This document shows, piece after piece, positions 10,692 through 22,049 of a stretch of 39,727 bases of DNA; the stretch's first letter is position 1, and each line of letters begins with the position of its first letter. The stretch comes from Perkinsus chesapeaki ATCC PRA-425 (Eukaryota > Protista > Perkinsozoa). A program made the position numbers and the translations under genes. The DNA is taken from contig JAAPAO010000322.1 in NCBI GenBank assembly GCA_013115145.1, positions 1 through 39,727 of the forward strand, written 5' to 3'. The notes below the pieces were generated by a model, which was not told where the DNA came from, ran no database searches, and saw nothing but the letters and a program-made list of their open reading frames with translations.

Positions 10692-11507
10692 CGTAACAGT
10701 GATTTGATATCCTTGTTGTCTTAGCTTCGGCAATTTTCGTTCAGCAAAGTCCTTAAGATCCTGCTGAGCTATAAGAGCGTCCGGTGTAGTAACCAATTCC
10801 TAAAGATGGTAAACATGCAACGCTTCGCTCCGCTGGAGGTCTCCTACAGCTTTATAATATATGCCATTCTCACCAGCTGCTGAGTCTACAAGACTGCAGC
10901 ACTGTCGACACTCCTCCTCTATTTGCTCCGCTTCACCTTGCGGCTCGAGACCTCGCCCTGAAGAGCAGAAGTGGAACCTATCGCGCACAGTCGAAATATT
11001 GAACTATTTCGATCAGCATTTCGGGGCTGTTTTTCGTGACTGAGCAGAGGTTCATAGCGATTTTTCAGTAACGGGTTGCTTTCATAAATGGAGGAGACTT
11101 TTTGTATACGAGTGACTTAATAATAATACGACTCTTGCCGCAGCAGTGAAGCATTACTAACCTACAAGCTAAATACTATCTAAAATAACTAGCCTATAAT
11201 ATATCTATAAAAGCAACCTATGGAACCCCCAGAGATCCAACGGTTTCTGAAGGCATTCCGCCGGCCAAACGTTTCCTTCTTAGAAACTGCTTCCAGTCTC
11301 ACTTTCATATCTTAGGTCGGAGCGGGACAATTTTTGGTCAGACGGTATATATGATATGCTTATGACATTTCACTTACTTAATCTCACGCATTTGTCACAT
11401 CTTAACACAGTTGGATCGAAGCCCAGCTGAGTACAGTTTACATCGCTCTCCATTGCACCAATAAAGGTAACCAAACAAACCAATATGATCCTTATTGCTA
11501 AATCCAT
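10692..11507 (-). CDS. Sep15/SELENOF (SelM-family) homologue lacking the CxU redox motif; C-terminal exon(s) below 10692 unresolved
   Basis: Signal peptide MDLAIRIILVCLVTFIGA; CTQLGFDPTVLRCDKC and EEECRQCC (Sep15 Cys-rich domain); YYKA|ELVTTPDALIAQQDLKDFA aligns without gaps to the remembered consensus YAGAILEVCGUKLGRFPQVQAFV; one splice junction between 10960 and 11380 unresolved. Confidence 0.72.
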
Positions 11508-11924
11508 TCACAATAAAAACTACACAGGAAAGGCACGTCCTTCACATCCTCTCAATCCGCTCAAAATGATAAGTGTAAATCACCCTTTTCCAAATAAGAA
11601 GGAATCTTTCCGTAACTTGACACAAACTGGACTGAACTGCACAGGTTCTAGAGGCTGGAAAACTCTTCGGGCCAGTTTGCTCGGTAGGTGAAACACAATA
11701 ACACGAATTATACCCCACTTTTCCTGCCACATTCAACTGCTCAACAACTACCGCTATCTAAGCCTCAGAGACCATCAACGTAAGCACCGTATATAGGCCG
11801 TTTGCTATACAAGGCTTCATCGCATCATCCACCAAGGTGACCGTATTTTACTGACACCTCTAGCTGTGCTCCGCCTTCTATCATAATGGTATTTAACACG
11901 AGTACAGCGACAGCTACAAGACAT

Positions 11925-14900
11925 TTAATAGTCGAACATCTCCGGCGCGATTCTTTTTAAATCGCCGTAGGTTTCCGCTTCACCCAACTTAATGACGAGC
12001 TCCATGATCTCACGGGCTGCCGCTGGAGTGATAACAGAATCGTCATGATAGTTTGGAGAACTGGCTAATCTCCTTCTCAGGAATTGAGCGCCGGTAACAA
12101 CCTGAACCATAGAATGGGCCAATTATAGTGACATTTTCCCAATGCGTGAACTACGTAGATTGCATAGGCCTTTCGTCGTATACTAGGATCCCATGATCCC
12201 TACAGACTTGTACAGAAGTGAACCCTGGGTCCACTTCCGCTACGACTCGGCGGCTCCGCCGCCGAACCGCATCCCTCCGCTGTACGCCCATATCAATTAT
12301 ATGCGCATGATATGATATCATGCGTTGATTTTCCCGCGATTAAGAATCACCCGTACACACCGCGCACAAATAGCACGATAGCAGCACGCATGCACACCCT
12401 CAAAATACACGCACGTAAACCCTAAGTTCTGTTTCCAAGCACGGTTTTGGGAAAGTAGATGACAGTTATATCTCATTATCTCGTGTAACGTACAAATTAA
12501 ATACCCTGCGTTACCAAATATAAAGGTAATTTCTCCTGGCTGCCTCTTATATAAGGAGCCATGTGCGATTTGATTGCTTTCCTAATTTTCCGCTGAAGGC
12601 ATGGAAAGGCACACTTTTCCGTTTCGGCTCCGCTGTAACATGACGTTTTTTCCGCTTACAGGGAACTTCGAATTTCGAACTAATATTAATATTATTAATA
12701 ATAATATTAATATTAGTTCGAATTAAGAGTTAATATTAGTATCAGTATTATTACTGTAATAATATTACAGTAATAAAATTACACATTAGTAATACTAATG
12801 GTCTATTTATATATTAAATTGAGATCAATTCATAGGTAACTATTTATCAATATTATTTATAGCGACCAATACCTAATATCACCGCAGTACATCGACAACA
12901 GGCCTATCTATACTTCACCACCACCTGCTGAGAGCAGCCCTATACACTCCCACGTGAACCCGTGCTCGAGCTACCCTCACTTTCATCCCTTTACTAGCAA
13001 CAGTTTGACTGCTACAAAAGGGTGCTACAGAAATATAATTTTCATCAAAATTAACAACCTCTGCCAAATTGAATAAAATATGCGTTCTCACCTTGCCCTG
13101 AATTCTTGCTTCTATAAAATTGATGAACTCAGCATCTAGTGAAGCATCAGCTGCCTCCTCGCCCATAACCTTCTTAAGCTCACTACGACATACATCCAGC
13201 AGCCCACCAGGGGAACACCTAATAAACCATATCAATGCCACCTACTACTTTTAGCACTAGCATATTTAGTCTTATATAAAAAGTAAGGATGTATATACAA
13301 ATACACAGTTAAACAACGGTTATTAAAATTGCAATGTCTCGTGAGATAACAGCAGTATATTGAACTGCCAGTTTAACAAGTCGGAAATGAGCTGATTTTA
13401 TTCCTATAAATTATTACCATATATCCTCCATTGACCTCTCCACAATACTGCCATCATTATTCCACCAGAATTTGCCATGCCGCAACGCATCACGCTGCTG
13501 CGAACGAAGCATGTTCTCTCTCAACTTGGAAATTGGGATCAAACCAGATACCTGATTCACACAAAAGACCTCAGCCAAGCCATATTGCCGCAATCTGTAG
13601 ATATCGATCGGACTGTCCGATTCGGACCAATAAAATTGGCTTACCAAATGAGAGGGACATGCAAAGAGTGAAATTAAATCAAGCTGAAATTGACAACATT
13701 ATTTTATGAAATAAATTCATTAATTAGGAAGTTTTCTTTAAAACTTTCTACGTCTTTAACCAAAGATCTCTATAAAAAATACTTCTCCCCGTTGGTACCT
13801 GTCCACCAGCACAGCAATCAGGTCCATCAGCCCTCCTAGTGATAGCTCTAGCCAACAACGTGGCCACTGTTACTATGGCTGCATTCTCATAATCTGTTAT
13901 TTGAACATCCGGCGTGCGGAGCTCGACTCTCCAATGGATATCCTCTTGCATGGCCGGTGGGGGCTTGATACGAACCTAATCACAATACGTTCAGTTGCTG
14001 AGGAAAAAGAGTATGCATTTTGAAGTTCAAAATAACACACAGATAACTAATAGATTCATAACGAGTCGTGGTTCACGATCCCTAAAGCATAAAAAATAAG
14101 CATAAGGCAAAGGAAGGCCTCTGCATCATAGAAATTTCACGCGTGCGAGTTTCATCTCGGAACGACCGTCCGTGGAGAGCATAGTTGGGTTGTCATATTA
14201 AATATGACGAATAAAACAGAATTTTTCTGTTTTTCCAAAAAATACAGTTTTTCCCCCGACAGTGTCGGGCGAACATAACGGAGGCCAGCGTGAGGCAGAT
14301 ACCCTCCAGTGTTCATTACAATAGTCCAATGAGTCGAATGCATCCCCTCGAAATGCTCGATCGAATGTTCATTATCGAGATGGATACGTTCTTGGAATAT
14401 AATCATAGGATCTCTGAAACAACAGCAGCACTACCAACAACAACAATGCTACGAGCCAGCAGACGGGACGGTGTGGTATTACAAGGAAAGGGAGGCCAAA
14501 AGAGATCATAATAGACAGAGTACAAGATCAGGGGCTTTAGGCTAAAGTCTAGTTCATCCCGAGCTAAATGCTGGACCCTTAAGCACTTAGCACGGGATCA
14601 ACTATCTTATATATCTCCATTGTATACGAAGTAACTTATTTTCATATGATCAGATCACCCTAATACTTTATACCAAGATGACTTATTCAAACCGTAGTAT
14701 TTGCTCTATGTATATTCACCTGCTCTTACCGGTAAAAAATGTAAGCAAAGTAATCAGCAAAGACCTCGTCCATCCCTGCTTCCATCAACTTCTGCTTCTG
14801 ATCCTCTCTATGTTCTACCACCAAATCAGACATAGACTCGGGAGCACATGTGCTGATATATCTGATAGAAAAACAGGAAAATTACAAATCACCCGATTGA

Positions 14901-17900
14901 AGGTTGACATTAGTTCTAAAGATTTCACTGGTCAGTAAACCCAGCTCGCCCCCTATGAGCGCCACCATCACCTGCCGTGATACTGGCAGCAGCGCAAAAC
15001 TCTACTGTCGCACCCTCAAAGAAAGCGCACGACGAAGACTCAAGGGATTACTAATAATGAAGTCAGCAAGTCAGTTCCTAGTGGAAACTGGTTAAAGCGG
15101 GCAGTATCACTGATACTGTACGAGGCCAACGTGAAACGGCCGCCCTTGACGCTATAGAAGTGCTGGATCATCGTTATGTTGTTCTGTAACAGAGCAGCAG
15201 AACCCCTTGTTGAATAGGTAGAAAAATTCAACTCAACTTGTAAATGAAAAATAGTTCTTCACTAGTTGTTGCAGTAGTTCTTGTTTGCCTATTGATAATA
15301 CTTTCGAGCCCACTTTTCAGCGTTTTACCCCTCCTTGCCTCTTTAGTGGTGAAATCGACCACTACTGGCAAGAGCAAGGGGATAGGCTCTTCAGTAGGGT
15401 GGGCTTAGGAGCAACAGAAGAAGGCGTAGACCACGCCGCGTAGGCGTAGTCACTCCTAAAGCATTCATGAGCCTACACGATACGTTCTCCAGATTGTAGG
15501 AGCTGGAGTGGTGGTTGGATTTGAGGAATGAGATCAAGCCCGTTATGACTCTGGCAACCCCGCGTACTGGCGCATCCGACTCAATGGCAGATAGTGGTAT
15601 GGTGCATGGAAGATAAGCTGAACCTTCGGCCTTCTTATACTTCGCAGCGCGAAAGGCCTGCTTCTCCAGAAGACCAACGGCGGCGCACGAGGCAATCCCA
15701 AGAGCAGCATCCATGGCCGGTTCAGTGGATGATGTCAGTTCCATTTCTGCCAGATCAGCCAAGATGCAATTGGCCACGAAATAAACTCCCAAATCGATAT
15801 CTTTGCCATCGGGCTTGTAAGGCAGAATCTCAAACACAAAACCTTGCGCCTCTTTCAGAAAGTTGGCCACCTCCTCGGCCGAAGTGAAAGCGTGCAGCCT
15901 TGCCAGTAGAGCGGTCTTATCTGCCTCCTTCTCAGGTGCGGGTATGTAATATAGACCGATACTGAACTCATTTATGGCAGTATCTAGCTTAATCCGCTCT
16001 GGCATTCTACCCTGACACGCGCTGATACGACGCGTTACAAAGTCTCTGAAGTCTTTCGTATTGGAGATACGATTCAGTGCAGCAGCCTGTTTAAGCGTCT
16101 CAGCCGTCCTGGCTCCCTCAACAGTGAGTGTCGGTGAATAGGTATCATCTTCTACCATGGTCAAAGCACACCCGCTCACTTCATCGCAATCGATAGCTAA
16201 GATGAGTTTGTTCAACATATCAACCAACTCAGGGTAGCCACCATTTATCCTGAGGGAAGTCACTGCGCGCCTAGCTCCCTGCGAATCCACGCGTAGCACG
16301 AGGCGCTGTACGAGGAGGCGTAAACGACTGGTTGGCCTGGTCGTTGGTGGGGGCGGAGTCCGCCCGGCGGACTCTGACACCGTGTAGCGGTACGGCCTAC
16401 CACCAACCCCCCAGCTGGCCGCATAGCGGTTGTGTGGCCGTGAGCAATGCCGCGAGGCTTTCGTTGTACAAACACTACCAATTTGGTAGTACCAAAATAA
16501 CATTCTTTTACCACTCATGTGGAACCACAACTCATGGGCAGTACCTTACTTGTACTGCACATGCACGCCTGGCGCGCAAGCCAAAGCGTTCCGAAACCCC
16601 GAGTGACTCGGGGTTTCCGAACGTGTCCAACAACATGCTCACTAATATCCCTGGTACTGGCACAAAGTCGACTTTGACTAGTCGGAACTCCTATGATGAG
16701 CTTTCCCAGATAAGATACCTCACCTAGCTACCTATGTATAGTCTCAGGCATCCTCCCTTGCTGCTTGTACTCTGGATTCTTAGGGTCAGCCTCCTCTATT
16801 GTTCTATCATCAACACATTGTGATAGAAGCTCATAACGAGCATCAACATCCGTTACCATACCTAAATCGAGCAAGTCCAAAATTCACGAACCCTCCTAAA
16901 TATGTACCGTAGCATTATATAATGCAATTACAGTGCAACTAGTATCATTCGGCACAGTGAGTAAAACTCACCCAACAGTCAGCTACGAGGCAAACAATGC
17001 GAGCCACTACAAGTTGTACAAATTCAATTTTCAAAAAAATTGAGCAGAATAGCACAATCATTCAGTGCTGCTAGTTCGCAGGTAGTATTAGCTCTACAGC
17101 TGTTCAGCAGTACTCTTACGGCACTTTATTTTCATTATTAGTTATAATACAAGGAGACAGCACGCAATGGAGCTCCCTCAATTAATAAAAGTTGCATTTC
17201 TCGCCGTTTGAATGCGAAAGTATCCCAGCCCGAAACCCCTCAACTCCCAATAAAGCCTCTGAATCGATGCTCACCTCTTTGGAATGGAGCCGCCGCACTG
17301 AGGGCTAAAAAGAGAGGTGCTAAAACGCACATCTGGTCATGGAGGATTCGGGCTGCTGGGAGGGATGGTGCTTCAAACGTGCACTAAATAACGAAAGGAA
17401 CTGGCGCGTATAACTGATATAACGAGAAAGCCCAGCGTAAATGTTTTTGATTTTCCATCTAAGTAGATATCGATCACGCGATCGATTATGAGAACACTCG
17501 ACATAAACTGTATGGCCGCCACACCTTACCTGTAAACAACACTGGCCGAAGCCAAACACAGTAGCATCTAGATAAACTCTATCCTTCAAAGGGTTCCTAG
17601 TTTTATCCAGCCCAGTCTCCTTGAGCTCCCAAGCAGTCGTAGATGGATCGAAGTCTATAGTACCAGTTGAGATAGTGTTAACATCCTTATATAGAGGAGG
17701 TGCTATTGCGACCTGGACAACAAGACGATGATATGGAAAATGCAGAGCATTTCCCAATAAAGTAAGGAAAGGAAGTGCTACGGGATGCATTGTTGAGATC
17801 GCTAAACAATCGTTAGCGAACTGCTTGTGTATTCATCAGGCGGTCTATAAAAATTACGCAAGCGATGTGGAGTATAAAAAAGGGGGCATTTCTAACAATG

Positions 17901-20026
17901 AATCAGAGACAATTAAACCGGGGGATCTGAAGACAATTTGTTCTACGTAACTGAGAAGGACTATCCTAAACTCCTCGCAATATGAACTATTGCCGGGTAA
18001 TATGATGATCAGTAATAAAAAGTAATGTAACTAAAGTACCCTATAAAGTAAGTAATAACAGCTGAGTTATATAACCCTGAATATCATGAACATGCCACTT
18101 CCAGCGCCTAACGGTTCAGTTATAGTGAACACCAACACTAGTATATCCCCCTACAGTATCACCTTTGCTCCCTTCCTAGCTCTAACTGACTTAGTCAGCG
18201 TCTGGAACCGAACATGCGGTGTAATAACGTCATCAGGAACCATAATACTATCAGCTGTAGGCCCCCTAAGTTGACCATCTCGATGCGTATATTCCGCGCC
18301 AAGTGTAGGGAACGCTGGCAGACTCATGATGTGCACGTTGGCCGGTAACGCGGCCTCCGCGGTGCGCCTTCTACTAACAAGACTTGACAGAACTTGCTTT
18401 GCAATATCATCTTCGCCCAGTAGTAGTGGAGGGACCTTTACTCCCTCAACCATATAAGAGGCGTACCTGGGAGGAGCAATGCTAACCAACTCATCGTCCC
18501 GACTCAGATGAGAATGTTTTATTCAGAATTCCTATCGCCAATACAAAAAATTCGGAAAATATTTCTCATCCAATTGAAAACAATTTCTCGAAAAGTCGCC
18601 CTAGTGGCAAGAGAGGCACCATGAAATGAACAATAAATACTCCTCTATGACGACACGGTAGATTAATCGCGAAAGTATCCATCCGGACCGTGATACCAGA
18701 AAATAGCAGAGAGCAGGCCGCCCATTTCGAGGCCAACATTCATTTAGCTGAAACCAAGCATTAACTTCTAGCATTATCACCGAGTACTGTAATCCTATAT
18801 ATACTTCACGACAGCAGCTATGGCCATTTTACAGCACGGAACAACATGAATGTCAAAGGGCCCTCCATTTCATCAACTAAATACTAGAAGACTTCCGGCT
18901 ATTATCAAGCACTTTAAAGATGAGTCAAAGGCATAGAATTATATAACATTAACAAAATACATTTCTATTATATAACATTAACAAAATACATTTCTATTAT
19001 ATAACATTAATAAAATACATTTCTATTATATAACATTAATAAAATACATTTCTATTATATAACATTAATAAAATATATTTCTATTATACAACATTAATAA
19101 AATACNNNNNNNNNNNNNNNNNNNNNNNNNNNNNNNNNNNNNNNNNNNNNNNNNNNNNNNNNNNNNNNNNNNNNNNNNNNNNNNNNNNNNNNNNNNNNNN
19201 NNNACATTTCTATTATATAACATTAATAAAATATATTTCTATTATATAACATTAATAAAATATATTTCTATTATATAACATTAATAAAATACATTTCTAT
19301 TATATAACATTAATAAAATATATTTCTATTATATAACATTAATAAAATATATTTCTATTATATAACATAAATCACCAACTATTAATACCCCCCTATTACT
19401 CAGGTTTCCAAGTCTCAGAATCCTTCTTATGAAGCTCATCCAGAACTTTATCAGCATGGCAATATGGCTTTGGAGGCGACACTCCATCAGGAGGCATAGA
19501 TACTAGCATATACTCCATCTGAAGGAAGCAGGAATCTTCCTAGTGCGCACTTGTGAAACATTGGCCGTACTTCGGCCATGGCCACCGATGCGCGCCTTGA
19601 AACATGTATCCCAGAGACATCAATCTTATAGATACAAGATTCTAAATATATACATTTTTTCAAGCCCCAACACACCCAAGGTAAAGCTCTCAAGATCCCT
19701 GTTAACTCCTTTCGCTCCATCGCAAAGGAGTATATCGGGCAATTGCGTGGGGCAACCGCCTAGAAATTCGAGTGGGACCAAAAACGATATCTTGCCGGCG
19801 CAGCAGTCTGTCTACGCGGGACAGCAGTTTGTGTCGAACGAATGAGTACACGAGCGTTTAGGTGAGAACGAGGAACGATAATAAAAACCCTACAACGGAC
19901 CTATAACATTTCTCACGCGCCCCAAAATACCTCATCCCCCCAATGCAGCTCCTCCAAAGGCTTCTTCCAATCCTTCGTCCGTTTCCAATCGTTAATGAGT
20001 TGGTCGATAGCATCAGATTTTATGGA
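11925..20026 (-). CDS. GCLC: Glutamate-cysteine ligase catalytic subunit (gamma-GCS, eukaryotic type), >12 exons, introns up to 1.87 kb; first exon(s) above 20026 not located
   Basis: Exon motifs in order: HWGDE|MEYMLV (19931-20026, then ~19520); WKPE|YASYMVEG; HVRFQTLTKSVRARKGAKV|AIAPPLYKD; VYLDATVFGFGQCCLQ|CTFEA; LHDQMCVLAPLFLALSAAAPF; DVDARY..VDDRT; R|DPMIIFQERIHLDNE..HFEGMHSTHW; IKPPP..HWRVELRTPDVQITDYENAA; IPISKLRENM; TGAQFLRR..SPNYHDDSVI; stop at 11925. Confidence 0.93.
12674..12776. repeat. Two AT-rich perfect hairpins in the last GCL intron: 23-bp arms (12674-12722) and 13-bp arms (12748-12776), both with loop aat
   Basis: ttcgaactaatattaatattatt-aat-aataatattaatattagttcgaa; ttattactgtaat-aat-attacagtaataa. 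Confidence 0.85.
15391..16518 (-). CDS. Orphan intronless ORF (375 codons from the first ATG) nested on the same strand within GCL intron 14862-16731; possibly mobile-element derived
   Basis: Longest ORF in the track; protein-like, helical-looking composition after ~residue 65; no recognised family motif; further coding-like sequence with stops follows to ~14900. Confidence 0.55.
   Translation of the reverse strand: MSGKRMLFWYYQIGSVCTTKASRHCSRPHNRYAASWGVGGRPYRYTVSESAGRTPPPPTTRPTSRLRLLVQRLVLRVDSQGARRAVTSLRINGGYPELVDMLNKLILAIDCDEVSGCALTMVEDDTYSPTLTVEGARTAETLKQAAALNRISNTKDFRDFVTRRISACQGRMPERIKLDTAINEFSIGLYYIPAPEKEADKTALLARLHAFTSAEEVANFLKEAQGFVFEILPYKPDGKDIDLGVYFVANCILADLAEMELTSSTEPAMDAALGIASCAAVGLLEKQAFRAAKYKKAEGSAYLPCTIPLSAIESDAPVRGVARVITGLISFLKSNHHSSSYNLENVSCRLMNALGVTTPTRRGLRLLLLLLSPPY
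16587..16623. repeat. 18-bp inverted repeat (17/18 paired) with 1-nt centre, ~70 nt upstream of the nested ORF
   Basis: cgttccgaaaccccgagt-g-actcggggtttccgaacg. Confidence 0.85.
18938..19368. repeat. 29-bp AT-rich minisatellite (attatataacattaataaaatacatttct)n in a GCL intron, interrupted by an N gap (19106-19203)
   Basis: Period 29 read directly on both sides of the gap. Confidence 0.95.
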
Positions 20027-21848
20027 CTAACAATAATTTAGGTGCTGAAATCATTTGCAGGGTGTTTTACTTTGATACGAGCAACGCATTTTAACGCATC
20101 TTCATGAAAACCGAGCTTCAACCTTTGATACCGTTTCAATGAAACTTTATCACGACACGTTAAACACATATATTAGTAATTTTTGAGAACATCTATATAC
20201 ATAAATTAGATATATAGATCTACTAACATAACTACTCCCACCATTACTAATACCAATGTGATAGTACCATAAATAAAATATATAAAGAATATATTGTATA
20301 CTGAATACATACAAATATCAATACAACTACTTTACTGCACACATAAAGTATTTAAAAGTCAGATGATCTGACTATCACCCGTTGATCCGACTCAGATATA
20401 CGACGCAATCACATCTAGTCAACAGATCTAATGTGCCATAACAAAGCCATCAGATAAACTTAAATTACTACTAATACTGAAGACATAATATCAATAAATC
20501 ATTATAATCATATAAGTATATTATTAAATTATTATATATCAGAGTAATCTAATCAAAAAAGGTAATTACTGAGTATCCATGGCCCACTATAGTCGCTTAT
20601 TTTGATTCTCTCACCACAGCAGCGACAAAGCCCGAGCCTACCACTACTAATATTTACTACTACAGTTTAAGAGATACGTATATTCTCAAGCTCCGCTCCG
20701 CCTTACCTCATGATATTTTTTAGCATCATTAAATTGAATGGGTGTATGTACGTCTAGAAATCCCATATTAATGGCGACGAAAATAAATCAATGGGATCAC
20801 GAGCAACCTCGTAAAAATAGGAAAACAACTAAAAATGGTATTCATGAATCGCTTCGCTCCGCTAACACAACAACACTATTTAAAAGACACGTTCACAACC
20901 TATTAATCATGCTGATTGTTCTTCAACAACAGGAGTATCCCCACTATTCTCGGGGGTCTCATCTTCGCACGAATTGTCAGCTTCAACCTAAGATATGCGT
21001 ATAAGAAGTACGGAAATGAATTATAGAACCTAGTGCACTAAACTCGAATTTCCTCTCGGTCGTGCATATCCAATGATTTAGGCTGAATGAAGATTAACAA
21101 AACTCTGCCAAATTACCATTATATCCTTAATTTGCTTAGTTCGGGCTAGCAATGGTACTATCTCTTATGTTAGCACGAAGAAACCCTACGATAGCCTATC
21201 ACACCAGCCCCTTTAACCTACCCCTTCCCCCTCCTCAACAACAGCTGGCTTATCATCATCATCTACCACTGTATTGCTCTCAATGTTATGAAATACCTAA
21301 TACAGATTATCACCTACAATTGACCAAAATCGATTTCTCCATTATTCACCAGCATGACAATGAATAAAATAATCACTCTCGAGTTTCTATTATTCAACGA
21401 CTTTTTATTATAGTGGGCTGCGTTAGTACTTGAAGAACCAGCGCGCTCTATTGGTAGGCGTGGTGGTTAGCGTAACCAAGTGAGTACTTAGCTTCGTTAA
21501 TATATCAAAACCATAATCTATATTTGTGTATTAGTAAATAGAGATATGAGTGTGTTATGTCAGGCTGATCCATCTTTTTCGAAGAAGCAAGTTGTTGGGT
21601 AATTAAACACATATGGCGATAAAATTGAATTACGATTACATTCTGTGATTTCAAAAGGTTATTCGGCATTCCTAAGAACCCTCTCACGTTGAGGATCTCA
21701 ATTTATGCGATTCCCTTTCCTATAGAGCTATATAATGATAATATAATAACTAGGCATTAATTATAATTATCCTATTATTATTATTATAACGCATCTGCTC
21801 AGTCAATCCCAAATCACGAAAGGAGACATCAGGTCAACGATTGAGAAA

Positions 21849-22004
21849 ATCAATTTACCGAACGAAGGTATCAATTTACCGAATGAAGGTATCAATTTAC
21901 CGAATGAAGGTATCAATTTACCGAACGAAGGTATCAATTTACCGAATGAAGTTATCAATTTACCGAATGGAGGTATCAATTTACCGAATGAAGTTATCAA
22001 TTTA
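21849..22004. repeat. 21-bp tandem repeat (atcaatttaccgaaYgaaggt) x7 plus a partial copy
   Basis: Copies start at 21849, 21870, 21891, 21912, 21933, 21954, 21975 and 21996. Confidence 0.95.
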
Positions 22005-22049
22005 ATTTTCAAATTTTGACGAATAGGTTATGTAGCTGACCCCTTTGTA

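Noticed and set aside
10976-11056. F-box-like reading MNLCSVTKNSPEMLIEIVQYFD
   Set aside because: It lies within the Sep15-like gene, where EIVQYFD fits the Sep15 N-domain as well; there is no separate support for an F-box gene
11555-11850. Phase-consistent putative exons between GCL and the Sep15-like gene (KLARRVFQPLEPVQF)
   Set aside because: No start, stop or family recognised; may be chance open frames in UTR sequence
19705-19731. 8-bp hairpin in a GC-rich GCL intron as a possible snoRNA
   Set aside because: No convincing C/D or H/ACA boxes on the sense strand
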